Shown: positions 27,885 to 41,103 of the stretch, piece after piece
Layout of the letters: each line of letters begins with the position of its first letter
Numbering within the stretch: position 1 is the stretch's first letter
NCBI RefSeq assembly: GCF_006345805.1
Contig: NC_043000.1
Coordinates: forward strand, 143,902,001 to 143,966,000
Direction: 5' to 3'
From: Octopus sinensis
Lineage: Eukaryota
Length of the DNA stretch: 64,000 bases
Position numbers and translations under genes: made by a program
Notes under the pieces: generated by a model
Database searches by the model: none
What the model was told of the DNA's origin: nothing
Seen by the model: only the letters and a program-made list of their open reading frames with translations

Positions 27885-28620
27885 TTCCCAGCTTATCTCA
27901 ACTTTCTTGGTCTATAAGAAGCAACATACCTCTTCATTTACCTCCCCCATCCTGTGCACAGCCAACATTCTTTCTTTTCCTATCATACCAATGGCTGCAA
28001 GCATTTTCATTACCTACCATTCAGGGAACCATCTACACAAAATGACCACTGAGAAAAGCCATAACTTCCATTCTTTATCCATGCAATCCCGCAGACGGCT
28101 TTCCTACTTGGCTCGCTTAATTCATGGGGTTGATTACACGCTTCTTTCCATCGGACACTAAGCTCAATGAAGATTATTTTCTTTCCATTTTCAGACCAAA
28201 AACCTACACCTGGACTCAGGATTGTATGCTCGACCTTTTAAAGTACGGACTTTATTCCAGGTTCACTTTCATATCCAATGACCGGGCCCCGCGTGTGTTC
28301 TTAAATTGTAGGAATTTCTTGAACCTTTTCCGATTTATAGATGGAGAAATTGATGCGAGCAACTTGTCATTGTTGCACTTGTATCTCCCTTGAATGAATG
28401 CTGTTTTGTACCCCGATAAGATGTGTGCCAGGGTGAATCGTTCTCCATAAAATCTACATACTTGGTGCTCCTTCAAATCTCTTTAACGCATGCTTATTTA
28501 TATTGGGACTCTAGGCGAAAAACCAAAAAAGATGGCATTTCTAAGAAATTCTGGTGCTGTAGAACTGAAGCAATACGGCAAGAGCTTAAAGGATTTCGCT
28601 GTTGTTGAAGCCGTTGGTCA
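27885..28620 (-). pseudogene. C-terminal zinc-knuckle plus restriction-like endonuclease relic of an R2/NeSL-type non-LTR retrotransposon
   Basis: Minus translation CRFYGERFTLAHILSGYKTAFIQGRY (cf. C..CGE..TL.HILS.C..AL.QGRY.WRH) and TILSPGVGFWSENGKKIIFIELSVRWKEA (cf. T.LRPDIV.WS...K..I.IELTVPWEE), followed by a KEWKLWLFSV-like segment; it carries multiple stops. Confidence 0.75.
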
Positions 28621-28858
28621 TTGTTTAATCCTAATTCAGGTCTAATGAAGTATTCTTTATCATTACATTGTATGTTCAGTCAATATCACTAGCACTTCGA
28701 TACCACCACTCTATTCTATAAAGTATCGATAACAATTTTAATCTTTCCTAAATTAAAAGACAAAGATTATGTATACGTGTATGCATATATGCATACACAC
28801 ACAGTCACACAGAAACACGCACACACATAAACACACACACACACACCACACACACACT

Positions 28859-28900
<42 letters not shown>

Positions 28901-29501
28901 ATATATATATGTACATTTATATATGTTCATATACATACACACACAGTACAATGTAAATATGAGGTTGAAGATATTTCAAGTAATGTATTTTTGTGGAGCC
29001 AATAGCCAGAAGGTATGCTGATGTTTCTATTGAAATAAATCTTATAATTATTAAGGTGAGACAAATTAGACACGCTGTAGAATTGATTTCTTTAAGCTGA
29101 CTGACAAATCATTATAGTTAACTGGAAATATTTTACTTCAATATTGATTTACTTTTATACAATACGGCTGTTAGAAGGAGAGGACGTAATATGTAGTCGA
29201 AGACTTTCACATCGATATTGTACAGATACTTATAAACGCCTACAGTGGGTCAATAGGATATATATCATCCCCATTGTAGAATTCACTACTGTGGGAGGAA
29301 CAAATTTCGAATTACCGAAATTGTTGAGTAGCAAGTTATGTACACCTTATTTTATTTCATTTTAATATTTTATAATACGAGCTGAAATAATCCAGACGAT
29401 TACGCTGAGTATTATCCTACAACCGGGTGTAAAATGGATAAATACTAGATATTTTACGTATACAGAAATAAATATATACATATACATGCATGCATACATG
29501 C

Positions 29502-29591
<90 letters not shown>

Positions 29592-29659
29592 TATGGAGTT
29601 ATTCATCTACACATATATATGTGTGTATGTGTGTTTGTGTATATATATATATATACATA

Positions 29660-29949
29660 TCACCTTGATCACCGTGACCGACCAGGCTATCAGAAGTTGC
29701 TACACATCAGTGGTCACAATGCGCTTCGCAATGTTTTAGCCATCAAATAAAGCGGGCAGACCAACACAAGAGTGAGAGAATGTTGTGGTGAAAGAGTACA
29801 ACAGGGATCGCCACCACCACCCTGCCAGAGCCTTGTGGAGCTTTAGGTATTTTCGCTCAATAAACACTCACAAAGCCCGGTCTGGGAATTGAAACCGCGA
29901 TTCTAAAACCGTGAGTCCGCTGCCCTAACCATTGGGCCATTGCGCCTCC
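29660..29949 (-). mobile_element. tRNA-derived SINE, family C (GGAGGCGCAATGGCCCA head; resembles the octopus OR-type SINEs), tail type 1
   Basis: tRNA-like head TGGCCCAATGGTTAGGGCAGCGGACTC..GGTTTCAATTCCC. The 5' ~170 bp are shared with 37153-37505. Confidence 0.8.
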
Positions 29950-30280
29950 ACATATACATAGACACACGCACACACACACATATATATATACGTATATATA
30001 TTCAACGAATGTTTATGAGTGTGTAGATACATATACATTATATATATATATATATATATATATATACGCTTTTTTTATCCATAGGGAAGGCAATGCAAGC
30101 AACAACCACAGGAACATCACAAAATTCAAAGATAAACCAAACACATACAAATCTTATATACTAATTCATATCTAAACAGTCTGATATAAAAAAAAAAATT
30201 TCCGGAGGACGTAAATACCGTGTTCTGAGAATGGCTGGTATGTGATTGTGTATTTGTTCATCTTTGATATGTGTTGTATA

Positions 30281-30380
30281 GGACATCCTGATGAGGGCAG
30301 TGCCAATTTAAAGTACTATTTTAAGTACTGATATGTCTAATATTAACTGGCACATCCCCGAAACGGCCCGTAGATGGACT
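30281..30380 (+). ncRNA. Type I hammerhead ribozyme (Penelope/retrozyme-like)
   Basis: Stem I CATC(30284-87)/GATG(30373-76). Core CTGATGA (30288-94). Stem II GGG/CCC plus GTGCCA(30300-05)/TGGCAC(30348-53). GAAA (30360-63). Stem III ACG/CGT. GTA cleavage triplet (30370-72). Confidence 0.75.
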
Positions 30381-30761
30381 TCTGTATATCTTATATTTTT
30401 GTAAGCTTGTATATGTATTATATTCTATGTACTATTCGCCGGAAGTTTATTTTATCATAATACTTATTTCTCTTATTCTAACAGTTTTAAGCGTGTTATT
30501 TGCAAAATTTACAGTTATATTTATATTTGTATATGTTACTTATATATTACTGAATTAAATTATTTTTTTTAATGTCGGACTGTTTAGATATAAATTAGTA
30601 TATAAGATTTGTATGTATTTGGTCTATCTTTGAATTTTGAGATGTTCCTGTTTGTTGCTCGCATTGCCTCCCCTTGGATAAAAAAAGTGTATACAGCTCA
30701 TTGGAGCACTTCTATTTCCAGTCCGTTGTATATCTTGAGACTTGTTGTCACTCAAGTTATA

Positions 30762-30796
<35 letters not shown>

Positions 30797-30817
30797 GTAT
30801 ATATATTCAACGAATGT

Positions 30818-30856
<39 letters not shown>

Positions 30857-30886
30857 ATACAAGTATACAAAAATATGCATATATAT

Positions 30887-30934
<48 letters not shown>

Positions 30935-31499
30935 ATATAAATATAAAATATAAATATATGTTTTTCTGTTTTTCCGTGCATATGTAGAATGTTGATTGAT
31001 TCAGATATATATTTTTTTATTCGAGGAATATCATCATTAACAACCTACATGAAAGAAAAGCAAGCTAACGGCCTATAAATACATAAAGAGTACGAAATGC
31101 AATAGTATGTCGGCCATTAGAAACACCGCTATCAATAGTAAGTAAAAAAAAAAACAACAACTATAATAATAAGATACGAATCATCCATAACTCTATACAG
31201 AATTATTTTCATAAAACCTAATGACCGAACGTTTTAAATTCTAGGTCGCATTCTGTTTCCTAAACACAGTTGTTTACATCTACTTTCTGTGGTTTTTTAA
31301 GAAAAGAAGTTAATTTGTTTTTATGCACATTTTTTTCATAAATAGTGATGAAGCCAATATAATCCTCATTGTAAAGTATGTGATTACATAGATATAATTT
31401 ATACCGACACACCTACTATGTAAATATGTATGTGTCCATGAATGTGTGTATATATATATATATATATAAATACACACACTTATACACACACACACACAT

Positions 31500-31530
<31 letters not shown>

Positions 31531-31744
31531 CACCCACACACACGAATGTGCGTGCTTGTGAATGCGTATAATCGCGCACGCACATGAAGCTTACCTCCAT
31601 ATCTTTTATTTACTTTCTCTATTAATTTGCTGATACAAGCATGCTCACACACGCATAAGTATTACCACAGACATTCTTAATATACACAGATTCATGCATA
31701 CGTACATATATATACACGATGTTTGTCTATCATGCAGAGTTTGG

Positions 31745-33340
31745 CCAGCTCCTGTATCTAAACCTTAGCACCGTCACGGCGTCTGATCTGGCTTCTTAAA
31801 CCGGACAATCTTCTGAAAAGACACCCACATAGATTGCACCTCCAATTTCGACCACCAAGAGCTGCTGATATGTTTTGCTCTTTGTGGATCTTAAAATGTC
31901 TCTTGAGGGCTCCATTGGATTTGAAAATCTGGCATGCACTGCATTCGAAGGTGTGCACAGACACATAGGCAGACTAGTTGGTGGAGGTTTGTTTTCCATG
32001 CGTTCGCAGATGGAATTTGACGCCAGAAAAAGACAGGCATGGTCTGTCACATACTGTGCACACAAAAAGGTCATTGACATTCACCTTCCCGATCGTTATA
32101 TTCTTCCTTAGATCTCTTTTGAATCTTACTTGTGTTATCTTGGCCTCTTCTAATGCTTTCACTCAACTCGACACCTTTGTTCGCCATCCAAATCAATCCA
32201 AAGCAAGGGTTTCTATATCTTCTGGAATCATCCCCATCGACTTCATAGTAGTCCTTATGCTAGCTTTAAACCTTTTTTTTTTGTTTTAGTTTACGCCAAA
32301 AGCGTTTCTCCTCTGCAAGCTCACCATAAAACAGCGTTTATCTGCCATTCGAACAATATGGCCACACCATCCAATTTGTTTCCCACCACCAAACACGTGG
32401 CTCCAAGCCACCAAATGCTTTTGCTGCCCTTTTAATTCGCAGCTGTATTTCTGTATCAAGATTTCCATAATTTTGTCAAGAGCTTCCATGGTAGACGTCC
32501 GAATTGACAACTTCAAGTAACTTTCCCTTAACAAAGGTTTTAGGTGGTTGCAATCAGCACTACACGAAGGCTGATACATTACAACTGTTTTTATCAAGTT
32601 GATGGTCAAGAGAAAATCATCACAAGCCGTGTCAAGGGCAGATAGAAGAGATTGCAGAACTGTTTCAGAATGACTGTCAAGATCGCAATCGTCAGCGTAC
32701 AAAAGTTCCTTAATGAGAGAAGTAAAAATCTTCGTTTTGAATGTTAGTCTGATCAGATTAAAAACATTCCCTGTTGTTCGAAATTTTATGCAAATACCCT
32801 TCTCAGAGTTTTAAAAAGCATGTGACAACACAACAACAAAATATACTGCAACGCAGTTAGGTCCAACAAGGTCTCCTTGCTTTACTCCATTTTCGAAAGC
32901 AAAAGATTCAGATAGCCTACCACCAAAATTAACTCTAGCTTTAATATCTTGATGCAAAGCCCTGACCCTGTTTACAATTTTTCCTGGGCAACCTCTTTTC
33001 CTTAGAATTAGCCGCAGAGCATTTCGATAAACTGTATTGAAAGTTTTGCTCAAATCAACAAAGCAATAGTTTAGAGCAAGATTCTGTTCAATGCACTTTT
33101 CTTGTAATTGTCTGGCAGTAAAGATACAACCAGATGTGCCCCTGGAGGAACGAAAACCACACTCAGACTCAGAAAGCATATTTGGAACTATAAAGGTAGT
33201 TAAGCGTTGTAACAAAATGCGGGCAGGTTCCTTTCCAACCACAGACAAAAGCGAAATCCCACGAAAATTACCACACAGATCTTTTGGCCTCGATTTATAC
33301 AAGGAGACTAAAATGGCATCAATCCAGTTTTGAGGCACTC
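31745..33340 (-). mobile_element. RTE-clade LINE relic: RT domain with internal deletions and C-terminal C2H2 zinc fingers
   Basis: ORFs MPQNWIDAILVSLYKS..CGNFRGISLLSVVGK..SESECGFRSSRGT..IFTARQLQEKCIEQN..FVDLSKTFNTV..NGVKQG and YADDCDL (RT YADD motif), then W.GHIVRM and C2H2-like motifs. Confidence 0.9.
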
Positions 33341-34782
33341 TCTCAGTTCTAGTCTTGTACTAGATGTTTATTTAATATATTTCCTTCGTTTACTACGTTT
33401 ATTTCTCCTCTTCATATATGGCTTAGTCTCGTGCTACCTTAACAAAAGCTATTCAAATACACTGGCCTATACTTTTTTCCATATATATAACACCACACTA
33501 ATTACATGCTAATTATTACCCCTACGATTCTAGCGCATGGCGTCGACGTTCTGAAATTTTATCTATGCGTATGTTGTTTCTGAACCCTTTGAGTTGCAAA
33601 TGTTCAAGAGAGCCGGTAACCATATCCGAATTATTTGCCGAGGGAGAGTTTACAAACACCTTGTTCTTTTCGTCTTGACTAGTGGATCTCAACCGTTTGA
33701 TGAATATTGTTCTACGGACAACATTTGCATTTGTTTCCAATAAAATAAGGAAAACAAAAGAAAAATGAAAGAACAGAATACTTCAGTCGAATAGGTTTTA
33801 TTTAGCACAGTGGTTTCTTTCCAATTTTATCAAATTCTATTCCACATAGTACATTCCACGGTATATGTATATATCTACATATATATGTATGTATTTAATT
33901 ATTTAGCTATTTATTTTTGTTATTTTTGTAGATTATTGCTTGTTTTGTTAACATTTTTAGAATTATTTGCTGAACAATTTGAGGACATATATATAATGAA
34001 ATTTTATTGGAACTTGGTGCATCATCTCTCATGCTTTTGCTAATTAAAACCAACGCTCTACTAATATTCGTATCTTAATAATGTTTTTAATATATTTTGT
34101 CTTTTTATCGCTATAATTCACATGTAAGTGTATTGTGTCTAGTTTCATAATTTTATCTCTAAGATAAAAGCTGACTTTTCAATATATCAAGTAACCTTTA
34201 GGGCATCAATTTTATATTTCGTGCAGTTTTTTTAGTTCAACATAAAACAGCACGATTGCGCGAGACTCCATGTTTGAAATTAGGGCGTTAGAAGAAAGTG
34301 GGTTATGAAAATAAATAAAAAAACGTATATGTTCGCGTAGTCAAGGCCAAACTGAAGATAAATAACACAATTAAGTAGTAAATATTTATAACTTTAAAAG
34401 AATTAAATTCCCGGGAAAACTTAATGACCCGAGTAAAAAATATGTCTTGATGTCATATCCTGTTATTGAAATCAGATAATTTTCTTAAAATTTGGGCCAA
34501 TAATAAATAAAAATACAATAACGTGGCAGCATATAATTCCTCTGCAAGTTGTTTATTTAAGAGGCTCTTTAACGAAGATGACCTAAATTCTGAAGAATGC
34601 ACATGCGCATACTGCAAGTCACGAGGTCATATATTTTCTAGCTTAGAATGTTTGCGAAACAACGAAAACTGTTAGACTTATCACAAGTTATGAATTTAGC
34701 AATTTTAATAGACTAACATCTCTAACTATTTGTCCGTCTATTTATCAATGTATCTATCTCTATAAATATAGTTAACGTGTCC

Positions 34783-34820
<38 letters not shown>

Positions 34821-34934
34821 ATATATATATATATATATATTTATTTATTTATATATATATGTGTGTGTATGTATTATGTATGCATGTATGTATATATGTA
34901 TTATAAGCTCGTAATGCTTATCTCTCTCTCTATG

Positions 34935-34972
<38 letters not shown>

Positions 34973-35993
34973 CATATAGACAGACATACGTATACATCTT
35001 TATGTGTATATAAACACAAGTGAACGTATGCATATATATGAGTGTTGGGGGTGTATGCATTTATGTATGTATATGCATCCATTTATCATTGCCTACAGGA
35101 TTGAATATTAATGTTTGAAAGTTTTTGCGACTGTAATGAAATGAAAGTAACAAATGAGAGTTAAATATTAGATACTAAATAATACAGTTTTTATCACGTT
35201 AATTCTGTCACAACTCTGCGCCAGTAGCATAGAAATATGTTCAATTACTCTTCAGGCGTAGAAGTTCCATATTTGATTTTCAGTTTACATTCATTCAGGA
35301 CTATATATTTTATTATCTATTATCATTGGTATGAAGGACGATTATATTAAATGAGTGTGCTTGGTTTCTTATGTCTGTTAGAGTCAACTGTCCCCTAGAT
35401 ACACATGTTTTGATACATAATTCTATGGTTGCTGTTGCATCTGATAAGCCCGGTTCGGGTGCGACAATATTGTCGTTTCTTATGTGTAAGAAAATATAGT
35501 ATACATTATTTAACATTCTTTTTATCCTGCTGATGTTGATTCGAGGGGGATTTTTATAAATATTCTAGTCTGGCAAGGGTCACCCAGAAGCATCTCCGTT
35601 AGTCGTTACTTTAGAATGTATTCCTGTATAGCAGTTTCTATGATCCTTGGTTAAAGAAAAGGGGAATGTAAAATATAATACCAGTGTATTTGTGTGCAAG
35701 AAATATGCTAAGGACTGGTTATAAAGAAATGTGATGTTAGACAATAGTGGAAGAAGGGGTTTTTTTCATTTTAATGAAAGGAGATGTAAACTGCGTATAG
35801 ATTCGGACGTAGAAAGAAATATTAAAAGGAAATTTTGTAAACATCGCCATAACAAATTCATCAATAAAAGATGAGAAAAAAAGAAATACGAAGGATGATA
35901 AAGAATAATAGAGTACGACTTGTCATGTGAATGGAAAACTGAAATCAAACAAAGTAAAGTGATACGAAGGGCACTGAATAGAGTTGAGACATT

Positions 35994-36027
<34 letters not shown>

Positions 36028-37152
36028 CTATATATATATATATAGTGTACCTGAATAGGAGAGTGGGATAGCGTAGTGTGAGTGCGTAACTATGTGTTAG
36101 AGTTAGAGAGAGACAGAGAGACAGAGGGAGGCAGTGAAAGAGATAGAAACTGAGAGATTGAGAGAAATGGTTGTGTGGGTTGATAGTAAGAAAATAAGGA
36201 AAAGTACATTAGTGAAATATATTCAGACACTGACAAACCTCAACGAATCATATATAGATTAAGTGAAAGATAGCGGGAGAGGGAGAAAAAACGTCAATTG
36301 CATATGAATATATGATGGAAAGTTAGTAGGCTAGAAATGAATTTATACAATGACAAAGATAGTAGGATGAGAATGTATTGAAAATTATGGTACAGACAGC
36401 TTGGACAAAAATGAGGGAAAATGAATGTATAACAGCGAGATGAATGTGAGTGAAAATATTAGATGATGTATGTAATAGTGAGACTGACGCAGAATAACGA
36501 ACAATGTGAAGGAGAATAGAACAGCTGTTGCGAAAGAGATACAAATATAAAGGAACGAGGCGGAATGGATGAAGGAGATATAGAAAGAAAAGAAGCAATA
36601 AATACGTAAAGAATAGAAAAGTGAGAATGAGTGAGCGAGCTAGGAAAGGAATTAAAGACGGAAAACTGTATTAGGGGCGATAAAACAAACTATATAATTT
36701 GCGAGATAGCAGAGATATAATGTCAAAATTAAATGAAGATAGAGAGAAAGAAAATTAACAGGAAGAAACAAAGGGATTGGAAAGGAGAAAACTACTTTAA
36801 TATTGCAAACATATATATAAATATAAATATATAAACAATGAGATATATGAAAAGTATGGAGGATTTTTTTTTTTATATCTTATTAATATCGGGACGCTAG
36901 CATCCCTGATGTTTCCAGATTTATCACACTGGGAAGGTCGATATAGCTGACGATATTACTTTAAGCATATCTAGGTCAACGTTAGCATTAAAAAACAAAG
37001 CCTTAGACCATGAGGATTTCCAGAAAATTACAACTTAAAAGACAGTGTATATATGGAGAATTATTGTTTAATATAGTGTTTGATCTGGTTAGTGTGACAT
37101 CACAAGAATGTGAGAAGGGTCTCTCAGAGTGGCTTATGAGGAGGATACATGT

Positions 37153-37505
37153 AGCGGACTCGCGGTCATAGGATCGCGGTTTCGATTCCCAGACCAGGCG
37201 TTGTGAGTGTTTATTGAGCGAAAACACCTAAAAGCTCCACGAGGCTCCGGCAGGGGATGGTGGTGATCCCTGCTGTACTCTTTCACCACAACTTTCTCTC
37301 ACTCTTACTTCCTGTTTCTGTTGTACCTGTATTTCAAGGGGCCGGCCTTGTCACTCTCTGTGTCACGCTGAATATCCCCCGAGAACTACGTTAAGTGTAC
37401 ACGTGTCTGTGGAGTGGTCAACCACTTACACGTTAATTTCACGAGCAGGCTGTTCCGTTGATTCGGATCAACCGGAACCCTCATCGTCGTAACCGACGGA
37501 GTGCT
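37153..37505 (+). mobile_element. tRNA-derived SINE, family C head with tail type 2
   Basis: GCGGACTCGCGG..GGTTTCGATTCCCAGACC..TTGTGAGTGTTTATTGAGCGAAAA..CTCTTTCACCACAAC shared with 29660-29949, then a different 3' half. TACATG[T/C]AGC occurs at both ends (37146 and 37510), possibly a TSD. Confidence 0.8.
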
Positions 37506-37905
37506 TCCTTACATGCAGCCGAGGTAGATCATACGAGAATCGATTGTAGAATAAAGAGGGGAGTAAGCTATGGCTATATATGTGAGGAAAAGTGAAGCCT
37601 TTACTAACAAATTATGAATGGTTGTAATGGAGATATTAAACGACAAGTGATATCCGTTACGAATAGTGTGATGTATACGTATATATAGAGGGTATCATAG
37701 AATGCAGAGAAACAAATAGAAGGAAAAGACATATATATGTAGTGGCAAGGAAACATAGCATTATGGGGAATGGGTGAAAGACAAAATCTGAAAGGTGTAT
37801 ATATATATACACACCTGGGGAAAGACTGTTTGTGAAAGAAGGAAAAAGAGGTAGGTCATTGGATGAGCACGCTATATATGTGTATGTGTGTGTGTGTGTG
37901 CGTTT

Positions 37906-37941
<36 letters not shown>

Positions 37942-39859
37942 TGTGTGTGTGTGTGTTTGTGTTTGTGTGTGTGTGTGTGTGTAAGTGAGTGAGTGAGTGT
38001 GTGCATCAACGATTGTTTGAGCTTGTTTGTTGGACAGGAGTTTACATTTTCCTACGAAATGTGAAAATTCAATTTTCGATGAAATTATGATTTCTGAACA
38101 ATTATCTCACCTTATATTTAAGAGTTGCTAACATGTTTTACTGCTAGTATGTTTTGTTTTCTATCTCAAACATAAATACAAATTTCAGAACGTGTAGGTT
38201 CTCTTTTAATTCAGTACATCAGACTTTATCTGAATTTCCTAAATATATTCATATGTACACTTTCTCTTTCTTCACATTTAGTAATATATGAAAATTATCT
38301 TAAACAGAACTCTTCATTACTCTTTCCTTCTACATTTCTTTCTACCCATAAAGCTGGTTTCAGAGGACTACGCTTCGATAGTGGGACCTATTAAATGGTA
38401 TACGTTTGTGTCGGCCATATTGTATGTTAGGGTTTTTCCCTTAGCATAGAAAGCAAATTTTCGGTAAACTATTCTTGAAACGTTCTTCCGTTTGTTTTGC
38501 GAACCATGGAGACCTACATTGGTTCTTCAACTGCTAGAAGGACCAACCAACTTTCTCCCTAATCTCACTTCTTCATCTCTCGAAAGAGATATGTAGGACA
38601 ATGCAGTTCTGAGATCCATGGATATCGGAGGAAAAAGACTGTATTAATCTTCATAATAATTTTGACAGTTCAGGAAGAAACTACAGATATGCAATACAAG
38701 GCAACAACAATTAGGGCATCTTTTCACTTTCTCCAACTAAGAGGAACATTACCGTTAATGTAGAATTGTTTGTGTACGTCATTCAGTACATGATTGTTTA
38801 ACTGAATTATCTAAATGCTTGACATTGGTCAACTCGAGTTATTTTCTCCGGCTTTCTGTAAATAAGTCTTTAATATTTCGGGAGAGTAGACTTGAATAAG
38901 ATATAGACTGTGCGGTACAGAGAGAGTAGAAGAAAGAGAGAGAAGGAGAGGGGGAGATTGGGGGAGAGAAAAAAGAGGAGAGAGCAGACAGTCATAGAGT
39001 GTATCTGTGAAAGAGAGAGGTGGAGGAAGAGAGGAGAAAGGAGTGTGAGAGAAGACAGTGAAAGAGTATGTGTGTACATGTGTGCGTGAAGGGAGGTGGG
39101 GAGGGAATGGATATTGGAGAGGAGGTGATGACTATGAAAGTATGTCGGAAAGAGACATTCGCACGGAAAGCACATTAAGCAGTTAGACAGTGAGGGAGGT
39201 GGTCTGATAGACATAGAGATTCACTCACTGACAGACTGAGAGAGAGAGAGACACACAGACGGACAGATAGTAAGAAATCGTTATTAGTATGACAAATTAG
39301 TGGAATAAGAGCATTAAAAACATATCAGTAAATGAAATAAAACAAGAAGTAGACGTGACACGGAATTAAGATTTTAATCTACGCCAATCGTTGAGATGGT
39401 TGTTAGGTCTTCGTTGCAGTTTAACTTCCTCAAAAAACAAAACAAAAAAAAAACAGATTGCTGATGGTGGTGGAGGACGAGCTAATGGGAGAGATGATGT
39501 AAATGGTGGTGGTGATGGATATAGGGGATTCGATGGTGGTGGCAATGTCAGTTGTAGTGATGACGGTGGAGATAATGATCATCATCTTTATGATTCAGGC
39601 ACTTGTTATTTATAATGGTGCGACTAGAGGCAGGCGGAGGTTTGTATTGGTGAAAGTGGGGGTGTCGGTGCTATGTAATTTAAATTTGAGAAGCACGTTG
39701 ATGGCGCTGATGATGGTGGGGGTATTGCTTATGGGGAAACGAAAGTTTCTAAGTTGATTTCTTATTTAGATGTGATGCCTGATAAGTAGGAAGAGCTGTG
39801 AATGTTCAATTTAAGACAATATTGGCCGTTACATATATATGCATGTATATATATATGTA

Positions 39860-39894
<35 letters not shown>

Positions 39895-39969
39895 TATATG
39901 TATATACATGTGTGTGTGTATGTATATGTATTTATATATGTGTATATATATATATATATATATGTGTGT

Positions 39970-40012
<43 letters not shown>

Positions 40013-40309
40013 TGTGTGTATGTGTGTGTAAGAAAAAATAGGACATGGCAGAAGATGCTGAAATAATTTTATCCCGAAGAACATTTTAGTACCGGTTTCA
40101 GACTTTTCAACTTTTTCAACTTAGAGTAAAGCATGGAAAACAATGACATTGGGGAAAAGTTAAATGAAATGTTTTTAAAAATATTTCCATAGTTTTCGAA
40201 TGCTTAGGACGTGTGCCTTTTCTATCTCTCTCTCTCTCTCTGCCCATATCTTTTACTTTTGCCAAGGCTCGGTAGGTAGGTAGCAGGTCTGAAGAAATAT
40301 TTAATATGC

Positions 40310-40395
<86 letters not shown>

Positions 40396-40598
40396 TCCGA
40401 ACACAGAAGTACAATCATGAAAAAACAACAACGCGGGGACGTATTACAAGTAATGTATTATCAGACGCTCAAGAAAGGAAATAAAGAGGATTTAACGTTT
40501 CGAACACAGCAGCTGTTCCTCAGAAATAGAGGAAAGTCAAAAAGAAGGGAAGACGGAGGAAGAAAATCGCCAACAATTCATGCGGTTACACACAAACT

Positions 40599-40653
<55 letters not shown>

Positions 40654-40657
40654 ACAG

Positions 40658-40704
<47 letters not shown>

Positions 40705-41050
40705 CATATGTGAACACACATACTTTTTACAAATATATATGATGTTATATGTTATTTCATACGTAGATGTGTGTACTTGCGTGTACGTACACATAACTGT
40801 ATATACTTATACTTTGCATACTGAATTCAGAAAATTTTCTAACATATTTTTTCTTTTCAGCTAACTTCCATATACTGACATTTAGCTGTATACATTTTAA
40901 AATATAATTCAATTAAGAAAATTAACAGGCACACCCCTATCAATTCTCTTAATAATCAACAGCTCAGCACACTTTCTTATCGCTCATATTACTCACTTTA
41001 CGTCAATAATACCTCATATACAAACACAGGCAGCGAGGTATGCATTTACT

Positions 41051-41103
<53 letters not shown>

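Noticed and set aside
35313-35516. ORF containing TIELCIKTCVSRG, reminiscent of a WSC domain
   Set aside because: The following Y-AG and C-CG motifs are missing and there is no convincing donor site.
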